A stretch of DNA of 64,000 nucleotides from assembly GCF_009914755.1 (NCBI RefSeq), contig NC_060944.1; one strand, given 5' to 3'. Numbering within the stretch: the stretch's first letter is position 1; the number at the start of each line of letters is the position of its first letter. Positions 13,246 to 62,352 of the stretch are shown in pieces. Both the position numbers and the translations under genes were made by a program. This stretch comes from the human T2T-CHM13v2.0 reference genome, Homo sapiens. The notes under the pieces are model-generated. The model made no database searches. It was not told where the DNA came from and saw only the letters and a program-made list of their open reading frames with translations.

Positions 13246-16200
13246 ATCCTGTGATAAAGGTGTTTCACATGTAACATCTATGATAAAGGTATTTCAACTG
13301 CACATATCTCAGCAAGGGTGAACTAAAACAGCTTTTCACTCTTCAGGTGCAGAACAGAGGGGGCGAACCTGTTTGGTTGACTGAGTAGTGATTAGGAAGC
13401 CAGCTGCAAACTTGTATTTCCCCCGAGGATCACCGATGAGCACCACCAGCCCTGCCAAGAGAGCTTCTCTTTAAAACAAAGCTGTTACTTTCATGTTGCT
13501 GGCATCTGCGTTTGCTTTCTGGATAACTCAACCCTTGGGTGCCCTGGTGTGGATATTTGCAGTGCGGGTGGGTTGGAAAAGGCAGCAGGCAGACCTCAAT
13601 TCAAGGTTCTTACTGGATTTAAGAGCCTTTATTCTCCAGGTTAATTTTCCTGACTTGCGTATCACAGGTTAATACTGGACCCAGGCATAATGATACATAA
13701 TTTGAGACTTGTAAAAGCTGTCTTGGACTTGAAAGAAACACACTCTAAGCCAGGAAGGTTGTGCCCAGCATGCAAGAGCAAGTAATACAGGTAGAATATA
13801 TGTCCAAAGCAAGAGAGCCGCACCCTTTTGACATGATCTCAGAGGCTGCCGGGCAGGGTTTAGGCTCCTCGGCTGCCAGGCAGCGATACCACGGCGGCCC
13901 TACAAGCATCACTCCCCCCAACCTGCTCTTAGTTTTATTTTAACAGCCATTGGAAGGCAATGGTTCGCAAACGGAAATTCGTTATTTTTAATAGACCCCG
14001 AAATACCTCGTGGATTTGAAGTGATGCAACAAGATTGCCCTAATGGTTTCTAAACTTTGTTTTTAAGACTTCTGGGGCCAGAACTGTAGAGAACTGCCTC
14101 AGGGCACCCTTCTAGCTCAGATAACCAAGCTGTTTGTTGGCATTGCTGGAGACTGACATACCCTGAGCTGGGATGTTTAGCTGCTTGTGGGGTGGAAAAA
14201 AAATGTTAAGAAAAATAATTGTTGTTTTTGCAAACTATCTATTTAAAAACAGAACCTCAGGAAGCAGATTTCTGTTCCAATGCTTGGATGAATCAGAGCT
14301 TACAAAGTATAAATACACATTAGCAGGAGGAGGCTTCCCATAACCCATGTGCTTGTTGTATGTCTTCCCAGACCAGGAACCTCTGAACTCCTGTTTCTCA
14401 TTCCCAGTAGAGGCAAGAAAGAGACCCACAGTCGAAACGGAAATGGTGGAGCATTGCTCAGCCCAAGTTTCAAAGCCCGAAAGGCCTGTAGAACTTTTTT
14501 TTTCCTTTAAAGGCAACTGGTTTTTTGCTGCACCTTTGCTCACTTTGGAGCAGACAGGTGTAAGCCATTTGGAAAGGTGGGAAACCCACGCTCTGGCCCA
14601 TTTTGCTCCTTGCTACCTAAGAAATATTACAGAATAAGTTCATTTTGACTCACTGACCCCTCAGATCAGCTAATAGGCATGAAGCACTTAGACCACATCT
14701 TGCTCAAGGGGCGGTGTAATCATTTTACTTAAAAATGATGTCAGGTGGCAATTTAGCAACAAACTGGCTTCCAGGCTATTTAATTCAGTTTAACAAGGAA
14801 GAAAAACATTATAATTAGTTAAGAGCTGGTACTGTAGCACTTTAGCAGAGTTGCTCCCAATTTTTAGAGTGCATGAGTCGGGGAGGAAGAGCGAGCTTGT
14901 CAAAAATTCAAATTCCCAGGCTCCACTTCTGGTGCATCTGGTCTAATAGGGTCATGGACCAGTCCTGGAAATCTGCATCTTCAAACTGTAAACCCTCTCG
15001 CAAATCACCACTGAGTCTCCTTTGGCTTTTAGTCAATTAAGATACATCCTCCCCCTCCACTTTCTATTCAAATTCTACATCATGGAAGTATAGAATCTCA
15101 GGACAGAGCTTCCCATCCTAAAAAAACACCAGCTTTAAGTGTTCTTTCCTGGAGTTTCATGGGATATTCTAATGCTAGAGTTCTAGTTAGCCAAGTTTCT
15201 GGACTGAAAATTTTTTCTTCCAGGGCCCCTTTAAAGAGAGCCCAGGGCGTTCCTGGGGAATGAATGGTAAAGGCACTGAGTCCCTTCCTCTCAACTTTCC
15301 TAACCCCAGGATAACCAGAGCACCATTGCCTGCTTCCTTCTTCCTGAAGGAAGGGGAAAATCCACCCTTCACAATTAAAGTCCTGGCACTGAGCCACATC
15401 CAGAGGAGGCTGATCTATGCCCTCCCAATACCAGGGGTGTCCCAGACAGAAGGTGAGTTAAGACAACACCCATGAATCCCAAGATCCCTTCCCTCCTGGA
15501 ATAAAGAATTGCAGAGACTCATTCAACTTTTTTTTTTTTTTTTCTTGGCACAAAAGCATCTGGCAGCTACCCAAGGAATTCTGGGGTCCTGCAGAATCCA
15601 AGTTTACAAACCACCAGAACAAGGTTTTGCTTCAGGATAGTGTTTGACTCCACTGCTGCGAAATGACTGTCTCCTGGCTAGTAGGATCTAGATTTCTCCC
15701 TCCCTTTGACCCCACCTTGTGGAAACCCAGCTGTCTACTGGCAGACATTGGTGAGAAAGCGGAGCTACGCTAGGGCAGGGAGATGTCATGGAAACCTCAA
15801 CTCTTCGCTGTCCGGGTCCTTCAGGCCACCTCCCCAATGAGCCAAAACAGTGTTGGCCCTCTTAGGGTTGTCACAATCCCAAATCCCTCGATGGCCTCTG
15901 CTCATGCACAAGGATCCCAGGACACTTAAAGCTCATCTTTCATTCTTAAGATGTTCCTTAGCACAACTCCAAGCCTAGAAGAAAAAATGTTTCCCCGAGA
16001 ACAAAGAAAAACATCCCCATCAGCTTTTCCTCCATTCAAAGTCTGCTGTGCCAGTTGTATGAAAACCGGACGTGGGTGGACAGGCCTGAATGTTGAAGTG
16101 CTGGGGGATGGCTCTGAGAAGGGTGAGCTTTGGCTTTCCTAGCCAGAAGCAGAGTCCTGGTGACTCTGCACGGCTGCTGGAAGCTGTCCATGTGCTTGTT

Positions 16201-16716
16201 ACCACAGCTTATTCCTTCCGCAGAGGTGCCAGAGGCAAAGCTTCTCCCACACCCCACCACGCGATGCGGGGGCAGGGCCTCCACCAGCCACAAGTGAGAG
16301 AACCAGAGTTCTCCTGCCCGTGACAGGTGGGGACAGCCCAACTCTGGAACCTCACAGAAGACCAGAACACCAGCACTCCAAGGCTGCATGGTGAGGCCAG
16401 AACACTCATTCCCTGGGAACAAGGTGATGAGTGATGAGCCCGAACACCAGAAGCTTGCAACTACCACCTCCTGTGCCGTGAGGAAACCACCCCATGGGTA
16501 AATGTGCACAAGAGTCATTTCAGACCACACCCTTACAACAGGACATTAATATGAATCTAAGTAGCCAGGGAAAAAAAAGAGGCAGACATTAAATCTCCCT
16601 GCTCGTTTCCCAACACCAATTCCAAACCCTTTAAAACCCTTTCAGTGCTGTGGCCAGTTCCCCTGATTGCTCACAAACAATTCACCTCGACACTACAGGC
16701 CATTAATCCAGTGGTG

Positions 16717-16722
16717 TTTATT
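16717..16722 (-). terminator. JAG1: JAG1 distal polyadenylation signal AATAAA
   Basis: tttatt on + strand. Cleavage expected ~16700, with GU-rich sequence downstream on the - strand. Confidence 0.8.
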
Positions 16723-17007
16723 CAAGCAGTATTCACACTTGCTGTTGAATAACAAGGGAATCAAGGCTCCCCTAGATGGGGCTCCCGCAGTTCCAGCTTC
16801 ACAGCAGCCCCAGGTCTTTGAGAACTCCAGATGAGTTTTGTGGTTGAAAAGCCTTTCAGTTCTTCCTCCATCCCTCTGTCAGGCAGAGCCTATTATACCC
16901 CGATTACCAGAACAGACTCAGCAGGGTGGCAGAAGCACATGGCAAAGCCGGTAGAACTACGTAAGCTCAGAAGAGGCCACACTGTTCCATGTTTTCATAC
17001 AAAAAAA

Positions 17008-17037
17008 TTTAATAAATATTACTTTTCAAAATTTATT
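17008..17037 (-). terminator. JAG1: JAG1 proximal polyadenylation signals (AATAAA 17032-17037, ATTAAA 17008-17013)
   Basis: Two hexamers 24 nt apart in a U-rich context, about 300 nt before the distal signal. Confidence 0.65.
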
Positions 17038-18511
17038 GCCAAGAACAACACATCAAAGATGCATTTGTATGTTCATATAACACTAATAGGACAATACAAA
17101 GTATCTTCACGGTCTCAATGGTGAACCAACAAGATTACTCTGTTTTATAAGCCTTTTTGATCTTGAACTTCGTAATAGCACTTTGATTTCCTCACTTAAG
17201 GCAGGCAGTGTACTCTATGGCAAATCTAAACAGTGATCTTACTGGACATTTTATGGTTCAAGTATTCAACTAGCTTATTAGAATACTCCCTAAATGCAGT
17301 AGATTAAAAAAAAAAATCAAATCTACAAGTGGTTCAGTATTATGTACGAATGGTGAAAAGAAATCAGAATTTACAAAGTAAGATTGGTGTGCTTCCAAGT
17401 TCACACAATTAATTTGATATTTTTAATCATATTCAACCACTCACATTTTGGCTATGTTAAGTCATAGCTCAACTTGTTCCCTTACTGCTCTGCAGCAGAT
17501 CACCTGCCTGTCTCTTTTCAAGTCTAAAGCAGAAAAACAAAAAACAAACAAACAAAAAAACCTGTTCTAAACTAATCCTCAAACTGCCTCAGTCAGTCCT
17601 TAAAACGTGTTTTAAGTGATGCTATAGAAGGTGTTTTAAACATCTGACGTCGTACAAAAAAATTCCATCAGTATTCTGGGCACAGAAGCCCATCCTATTG
17701 TTTTAAAATAAACTATTTTCAAACACCTTAATTTTGGCTTATAGGCAACAAGTAATGAGAAGAGTTCAAAAAAATAAAGCCATACGCTTACAATGCTATC
17801 AAAAACCTTCAATTCTAAACACATACATATAAATAAAAAGGAATGATGTTTTAAGGCTCTTGATTATTAAGTTAATAAATCAAATATACACAGTGATTAA
17901 TAAAAAAGAATTATTTACATAACTATACAAAGTTCTACTTTTGACATTTTTTTCTTTAAATTCTTCATTTTACCAGCAACTGCTGACATCAAAGTCTCCC
18001 CTCCCCCAACAACAAAAATACAATTAAAAAAAATAAATAATAAAGTCATTTGTGATCGTTGCTGTGGTTCTGAGCTGCAAAGGCACTTTCAAATACAGAA
18101 CTACTTGTACGTCATCATAAAACCAATATACAAAAACAACTCAAGAGTCAATAAATATAAATAAAACTATGATCTAAGACTGCATCACCATTAGGACATC
18201 TGGCAGAAGTGGGAGCTCAAAGACCAGGGGGCTGGGCAGGCTCCTGGGAGCCTGATCCGAGACCGTGTCGGCTGCAAGGGGACACACAACCAGGGTACTG
18301 TTGACTAGCTTTTTGCATAGCTGTGAGATGCGGCACTCGATTTCCCAGCCAACCACAGAAACTACCATTGCCAGTGTAAGCCAGCTTGTCAAAACTTAAA
18401 TTAACACAGGGATTCTAAGTCAGCAACGGCCTCAGACTCGAGTATGACACGACAGTTTAAAGAACTACAAGCCCTCAGACTCTACCTAGCGGCGGCAGTG
18501 CCCGCGGTCTG

Positions 18512-53017
<34,506 letters not shown>

Positions 53018-54177
53018 GGCAGCAGCGGCCGGGGCTGGCCACCTCTACCCAGCACGCCGGGCAGGGCGCATGCGCGCTTATTAATATTCATGAGAGGGCG
53101 TGCTCACCCTGGGCACGCCCCTCCCCTTCACGTTGCTGGGGAGGGGGTAGTGCGAGGAGGAACTTGGAAGGGGTTGGGGGCAGCGGGATGCTCAGGGCGG
53201 CGTAGAAGAACCAGGGCCCCACACCAACCCCCGCCCTCGGGAGCTTCGGGCCAGGAGGGAAGGGAGAGTGCGGGGAGGTACTTGGAAGGGATCGTTGCTC
53301 AGGGACGCCTGGAGGCCCCCAGCGGGGACCGCCCCCTCGGGCGCCCCGGGCCGTGCGCCTTTGCCCGCGCGTCGGGGCCCCAGGTGTAGGCGCCGCGGCG
53401 CTGACTGAGCGGTCGGAGCGGGGCAGCTTCCGCCTTCCGAACCGCCTGCGTCAGCTGCGGCTTTCGCCCCGGGAGGAGGGCCTGCCTGCCCGCCGGGAGT
53501 TCGGCCCGCTTCCCGCGAGCGAGCCGCCCAGAGCGCTCTGCTGGCGGCAGAGGCGGCGGCGAGGCTGGCGCGCTTGCCGCCGTCTGCTCGCCCCGCGGAG
53601 GCGACCTGGGCAGACGCTGCTGGGAACTTTGAAAAACTTTCCTGGAGCCAGGCTTGCCGCAGATTCGAGGGGAAGCCTCGGCCGCGTCCCACCCCCTCCC
53701 AAATCCGAGTCTGCGGAGCCTGGGAGGGCTCCCAGCTTCCTATCCAAACCGCGCCGGGGCAGAGGCGCGGGGAAACCGGGGGTAGAAGGCGGCGGGCACG
53801 CCGGGGCCCTGTTCAGGCTTTGGGAAGGGCCGGCGGAGATGCTGGTGGGCTTGGACGCCCTCCCCGGCCCGACGCCCCGGCCGCAGTGCCGGGATTGCAC
53901 CTGTAGGCGGCCTCCGAGCAGCTCTCTGGGTGGCAAGAGATGGGCCTGGGAGGGACCGTGTCCCCAGCACCGCCAGCCGCGGAACTTGCCTTCTCTGGGG
54001 TGGCAGTGGAAACCGATACTGTTTTCCACCTTGAGGCAAGCCTCGCAATTAACAGCTACACTCCTGGTCATAATCAAGGTCGAAGAAAGCCCGTGGGCTG
54101 GCCGTAGCCTCTGCTAACCCCTCTCCCACGGGCTTGCTGTTGCATTTGAGGGGACCTTTATATGGAAACATCGACTT

Positions 54178-54481
54178 CCTTTGAAGGGTGGACAAAGTTT
54201 TGGCCCTAATAGTAGGTATGTCCTGCAGAAAAGCGTGACTATTCAGCGGCCGGTTTGGGGCTTGAGTTCTCCTGGGTGTGGGGCGTGATGGGCTGGCAAT
54301 AGGTCAAGGGAAAATAGTTTCCAACATGCTGAGTTATGAGCATAAAAGGGTGGGTATTTGTGGTTATCTACTTATTGCATTTGATGGGAGGCTCAGTATG
54401 AACAATATTTTCAGTGCCAAATCTCATCATTCTGAGGAATAAACTAGGGCAGCTAACTGACCTCTTTACATAGGTTCAAAG
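54178..54481. promoter_or_regulatory. Pair of TCF/LEF sites (CCTTTGAAG 54178-54186; TTCAAAG 54475-54481)
   Basis: Consensus CTTTGWW motifs 1.6 and 1.9 kb upstream of the ATG. JAG1 is an established Wnt/beta-catenin target. Confidence 0.65.
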
Positions 54482-54872
54482 CTACCAAGGATGGTTAGGA
54501 GTCTTGGCATTTTAACAGCCTAAGAAATGCTCCTAAGAAAAGTGCTTACTTAGTGGTAATGTGTCCCATCTTGAGCACTGGCGGGAGAATCCATGTTTTG
54601 GAAGGGAGGTTTCTAAGAACAGAGCAAGTTTACAGCTGGTCATGTTAGCAGCTGGGGTAGGCAGCGACAACCTGGGTGTTTCAATGTGCCCCAGCCTCCC
54701 TTTCCCCAATTATCCTAAATCAAGGCAACCAGTTGTCAACTGTAATCCCATCTACACTTTTCTCACTGAGGTTTCCATCAACACCAGTCTCCCCACTTAT
54801 CTGTCCCGTTCTAATTTCTACTCCCAAGTATCCCTGAGTTTGGGTGCTAAATAACGGTTTAAAAGTAAAATG

Positions 54873-55174
<302 letters not shown>

Positions 55175-55657
55175 GGCAAAATGGTGCTGAAAAAGGCTGG
55201 TGTGATCTTAAAGAGCACACTCCTTGGAGTTCCCTATGTCGGACCCTGTTTTAATTCTGTGCCTTGTGCCCCCCACAGCTCTCAGGAAAGAGGCTGCGGA
55301 GCCAGACCTTTAGTTAAAGTGTTTAGATCTCCACCTGGCTTCACCTAGAAGGGCTACCTGAGATTGCAGGTGCCACCAGTTGCAATCTGGGCCACATGCA
55401 AGCTGGTGTCACCTCCAGTCCACCAGTGAATTTAGCCCATTTGACTGATAGGAAAGAAAATATAAACTCTGAGAGGTGAAAACTACCTGATTACACCTAA
55501 CAAGAATGTCAAATCACTGATAAACACAAAATTTTTATGTCACATAGCACAGAGTCCCACACCCTTCCTGAGCCTGGGAACCCACTTTTAGAGAAGGCAG
55601 TTGTGGGCTAGAGGGAATTCTTTTGAAAATTTTCAGTTGGGGCTCTTCCAAATAATT

Positions 55658-55667
55658 GGGACTCCCC
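55658..55667. promoter_or_regulatory. Consensus NF-kB site GGGACTCCCC ~3.1 kb upstream of the JAG1 ATG
   Basis: Exact match to GGGRNWYYCC. JAG1 is an established NF-kB-inducible gene. Confidence 0.55.
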
Positions 55668-56214
55668 CAAAAAGCCAGTCACGTTTACCACAACAGACAC
55701 TGAGTGGAAGCTCTATCCTCTGCTTCCTTGAAGCCGGTTGTCAGGCCCCCTCCTTAGAGAATGAGGAACTGCTGCCGAGAGAACTGAAATACAGAGATTC
55801 CCCCTTGGCAGGGCTTGTCCTGCTTTGGGGTATAGCCTCCAAGTGTAAATGAATATTCCAGAACAACCTTCCTGTGGAAAATGCCATCTTTAGCTGTCAT
55901 ACCTACACCTGAGAGAAGGGGAGAGGCTTGTAGTCAGTTACTATCTGACCTGTCTCGTGTGCTCAAACATCATCCTTGGATATCTTTTCCTTTAATTCTA
56001 AAAAGATGATGGATGCCTCATTTTTTCTTTTCCCAGAAAACTTGCCCCACTTTTATCTAGTCAACAACATATAGCAGTTCTGAACCTGCAAAAGCTTTAT
56101 AAGAGACATTCAAGCTATATTAGCTGTATTTAAGTACATCTAATCAACTGTAATCCTTGGTTAATCAACACTGGTTAAAATAAGCTAATCAATATTTATT
56201 GAGAACTGCTATTA

Positions 56215-57085
<871 letters not shown>

Positions 57086-57231
57086 CTTGGGGAAGATAGT
57101 TATTGATTTGCCAGGTATTTTGTGGGTGCCAAGAATATGGTGGGCAACACCACAATACTGGTCTTCAGCACTACTGAGTGGAGAGTGTGTTTCAAAGGAA
57201 TGGTGATACTGTAGATTTTAAGAGTGAATGA

Positions 57232-57540
57232 GGCTGGGAGCGGTGGCTGACGCCTCTAATCCCAGCACTTTGGGAGGCCAAGGCGGGCGGATTACCTGAG
57301 GTCAGGAGTTCGAGAACAGCCTCAACATGGAGAAACCCCGTCTCTACTAAAAATACAAAATTAGCCAGGCGTGGTGGTGCATGCCTGTAATCCCAGCTAC
57401 TCAGGAGGCTGAGGCAGGAGAATTGCTTGAACCTGGGAGGCAGAGGTTGCGGTGAGCCGAGATGAGATGGCACCATTGCACTCCAGCCTGGGCAACAAGA
57501 GCGAAACTCCATCTCAAAAAAAAAAAAAAAAAAAAAAAAA
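57232..57540 (+). mobile_element. AluSp-like
   Basis: acatggagaaacccc, ggttgcggtgagcc, gcaacaagagcgaaactcc; TSD AAGAGTGAAYGA at 57220 and 57541. Confidence 0.94.
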
Positions 57541-59690
57541 AAGAGTGAACGAAAGGAAAGTAGTTCTTTCTTCCCATTCTTCATTCCAGTTAGGTTCAAA
57601 TTGTAGAGAAGGCACATGTAAAATATCCATTAAGATCTTCCTTATTCCTTGTTTGAACTTGCAGAGATGTTAACACAAGTTCACAAATCCTGTTCCACGG
57701 ATATGTTATCTTTCTGCCCCTTTCCAGCAGAGCCCAGTGAAGCTCACATGTCCCGCCAGGTTACTGCCTCCCATGAACCTGTCCAGCCAGCTCCCTAAGG
57801 AAGCACAACATCATTCTCCCACATCACAAGATATTCTACATGGAAAAAAACCCACCACCAACCTATAGATAACAGACACTGAAAATCAGGGTATAGTTGT
57901 AGCAACCACAACCAGGCCACAAGTTTGCTCATTCAAGCATAAGTTGAGTAGATCCAGCTATTTTTTTCCCAAAGATTCATCATATGTACACAAGAGATCT
58001 GGATTAATTTTTTGAAACCAGAACTGTGAATTTTTTTGTATTATCAACAGTGATTTTGTATGAGCGCATGTTAAACATTGTCTTGGTTTTATCTTGAGCC
58101 CAGGTAGTTATGATTTTGTCCTCCCTGCCCCAATCCTGTTTCATAGTCATTATGTGGAAAACCATCAGGATGAATAGAATTATGTGTCCACATACCCTTT
58201 ACCAAACCAATCACAGAAAGTCGCCAAAAAACTTACATGCAAAATCTCAGAACTACGAGACTAATATTTACATTTTACTCCTTAGTTAAAATCAAATGTT
58301 CTTTGTGAAGCTAGAGTGTGGGAGAAGTCCTACGTACAAAATGTACTTTTTTCTTAGAGTTCAGTCTTTTCAGGGAAAAAAAAAATTCTGCGTGTAAGTT
58401 GCTGTTAAATTGGCATTCTCAAAACAACTGTAAATGATTCACATATCCTCCTTTTTTTTGGCACTGATACAGTGAGTCGTCTGTTCTTGTGAATGGCACT
58501 TGAATGACTTAACCTATAGATATTCTGGGATGGAATTTTTTTTTAACCAAATTGGTCCATTTGTACAGTCGACTGATTTAAATGCAACTAACAATTTTCT
58601 ATAATTGTGAAGTATGACTGATCTCTTACAAGCCTTTTCATCTCCTGAAAGGTTCTGGAAATTACACTTCCAGAAGCAGGTAGTATTTGGAAACTACCAC
58701 AATACAGTTTTCTCTGTGAGTACCTTTCATCTCACTTGCACTCAGCTTTTCCAAACAGATGCCTCCAGATCTCAAATAAATAAATAAATAAGGTAAAGTA
58801 GTTGCTGGAACTTGAGGAAGGAGAGCTAAATGTATTTAGTTATCTGAGAAAATTTCAAATTTTCACATACATAAATGTGAGAGTCAAAGAAAGGTGATTG
58901 CACCTGCCAATGGCATGAAAATAACAGAGCTTTGAATTACATATTTCATGTTCAGGTTAATGGTCCCAAATAAATTACAAGACTGTGTCTGTGTTTGACA
59001 CTTTTGTTCTCAAGCCAGTGGTTTCTGTACTGATGGCTTCCTCTAAATTAGAAGTTATTAAGAACATCAAAAGTGGATCATTGCAATGCTTAGGTTTGAT
59101 TTCCCATTGGGAAGATAAATAGTTGTTTTTATTATTGCTTTATGCTAACAGCACTTAAGGATGACTAAATAAAGAAATACTAGCTTCAGCACAGAAATAT
59201 TGGTACAAGTAACAACTATACACTTCTAGATCCTTAGATATTAGTCATAACATAGGTTTACTGATACATAGATTTTCATAAGCATCATTCAGAAATCATT
59301 TCAGAGCAATATCAGAAGTTCTTTTTGCTTTTGGAAATAAGGCTAAGACATAGAAAACTTAGAAAGACTATAAAGAAGAAAGTTTAATTTCCAAAAGATG
59401 GTTATTTCCTCCACTGAAGTGATAATATTTCTTAAAAGCCAGATAAAAACTAGAGAAGTCAATTATTCTATTTCAGGATAGTTTGGCAGAAATTCATGTG
59501 AAGAGAAGTTGGGGTCGCGGGGGTGGGTTTCAACAGACCACACAGGTAGTGTAATGCAGATACTAGGAAGGGCAGGGCTCACAGTCTGAGGAATGTAGGC
59601 GTTGGCAGTCAAGGAAAAATCATAGCCCCAGCATATTCCGCATTGGCCTTAACACATCTAGAGGGGTCTATCCAGCTCTGGGCTGGAGAT

Positions 59691-60518
<828 letters not shown>

Positions 60519-60539
60519 TAGGCACCGTTTTTTAAGAGA

Positions 60540-60960
60540 ATATTGACCAACTGTGCCACTCCCAGAAAAGAGTGATAAAATGTCTAAAAATATAGACCTT
60601 TAAGCAGAGCAAATGAAGGATTGAGAGGGTGTAACCAGAGAAGAGGAGAAAGGAAGCATAGCAGCTCTCTGCAGTGTGGGGAAGGCTGACTTGAGAGCGG
60701 ACTTGAAATGCTGCAGATGACAGAATAGGCTTAATGGGTGAGGTTACAAGGAAATTGATTTTGACTCAGCAACAAACTTTGTTTTCATAAGAGCCATTCC
60801 TTAATGGAAGAGGCTCCCTTGGAGATAGTAAGTCCCTGCCATCTATGGATATCAAACAGGCTGACAGGCTGCTGTGGACCATTGTCAGTGGCAGGAGAGA
60901 GGGAGGTTCCCTGTCCTGGATGGGAGGTTGAACTGAGTGATTTCCTAGGAATCTACTCTT
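60540..60960 (+). mobile_element. L3/CR1 LINE 3' fragment
   Basis: aatggaagaggctcccttggagatagtaagtccctgccatc..tgga...caaacaggctg...gggaggttgaact resembles the CR1 3' end. Confidence 0.55.
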
Positions 60961-61257
60961 TATGAGGCCACAGCAAAATAAATGGATAGGGTGGAAACTC
61001 AGGTCTATAAACATAAAAAGCATCTAGGAGCCAGCTTTTAAACAAAATGTGAAGTTGATACCACTGATTGAGGATGATCACAACCTGGAGTACAGAAGTG
61101 ACCATTTTGCACAGATTTATCTGCTTTTTGAACTCACTCTTCTAGGATCTATCGCACACATATTGCCTGCAACAAGTGAGTCAATTCTAAATGTCACAGC
61201 ACTGGTCATCATAGCCTCGGTCTTATTATTATACCTTTGCTATTATGAATGCACTCT

Positions 61258-61395
61258 GAGGACCAGCAGCATTGGCATCACCTGGGAGCTTGATAGAAAT
61301 TCAGGATATCGGACCCCTGTCCCACACCTTTTGACTCAGTATCTACAATTTCACAAGATCCTCAGGTGATTTGTGTGCACATTAAGGTCTAAGAG
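61258..61395 (+). mobile_element. MER5A fragment
   Basis: ggaccagcagcattggcatcacctgggagcttgatagaaat...caagatcctcaggtgatt. Confidence 0.7.
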
Positions 61396-61984
61396 GCCTT
61401 AATCTAACCCACAACAACAGAAATATTCCAGAGTTAGTAGAAGTTATCAAATGATCTTTCCACTAAATGATTGCAATACTCTATCATTGGGTAAAAGTAT
61501 TGGCTAATCAAATCCATCTTTGATTGTCCCATTATGAGCTCAGCGTCGTAATGGAAATTACAGTTATTTATTTAAGTATATATAGACCAGATAGTTTTTT
61601 AATAATTTTCAGCAAATTTCAGGTAAAATATATAAGCCAATAGAAAAATATAAATGAATAAATATCAGGACCAAGGAAAATGGAGCTGAAGATAGAAGAT
61701 CAAGATCAGTGACAGGCAGGTCAAGGATGGCTACTTCAGTTGAGAATTGGATGCTGAGCTCCTTGACAGCCAAAGTAACCAAGGAAACACAGTCAGCTAC
61801 AAGATTAACAGTCTCCATGCAGAATCAACAAGCTAGTCCTTCAGATGAAGCAAAGCTTTTTCTGGCATTTTGTTATGAAAGATATACACATATGTGTGAG
61901 CATATAATTATAAATATTTTGGGTGACCTTGCGTCTTACATTATGGAATGCAGAGGAAATGCAACTGCTTCTTAGAACGGTGCA

Positions 61985-62352
61985 CCCTGAACTGAGGGCA
62001 TGGCAACAAAGCACAGCTCAGAGGAAGCAGTCTGGAGGTGAAGTGGGGGTGGATTGAAGACTCTATCATTGCCATGGAGCAAGCTGGACTAACGAGCCAG
62101 AGGATGAAAGGTTATGGGGAAGAGAAGTAAGTAGTCCCAGATGAGATCATCTTTGACCAGTCAGCCTCCATCTGACCTACCAGCTGACTGCAGACACATG
62201 AGCAAGCCCAGCTAAGATCAGCTTACCGGCCCAGATCAGCAGAACTTTCCAGTCAACTCATAGACTTGTGAGAAATAACAACTGACTCCTTTAATTCAAG
62301 TTTGGAGCTGGTTTGTTATGAAGCACTATTGTGGCATTAGATAACTACTACA
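61985..62352 (+). mobile_element. MLT1 (G/H-like) solo LTR
   Basis: ccagctgactgcagacacatgagcaagcccagc..agatcagcagaac ... gtttgttatgaagcactattgtggca.tagataac. Confidence 0.7.

Larger units (their letters stand above)
16698..18511 (-). other. JAG1: JAG1 3' UTR (~1.8 kb, AU-rich)
   Basis: Runs from the TAG at 18512-18514 to the distal AATAAA (tttatt 16717-16722). Contains AUUUA tracts, a Pumilio element and many miRNA seed matches. Confidence 0.85.

Noticed and set aside
7050-16690. Hidden gene or processed pseudogene between SLX4IP and JAG1 (ORFs of 137, 164 and 169 aa)
   Set aside because: No recognisable domains, no consistent exon chain and no poly(A)+TSD signature. The region is unique DNA mixed with MIR, MER5 and MLT1 fragments.
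17011-18165. Many + strand AATAAA hexamers as the end of an antisense gene
   Set aside because: They are the reverse complement of U-rich/AU-rich elements in the JAG1 3' UTR. No + strand exon structure leads to them.
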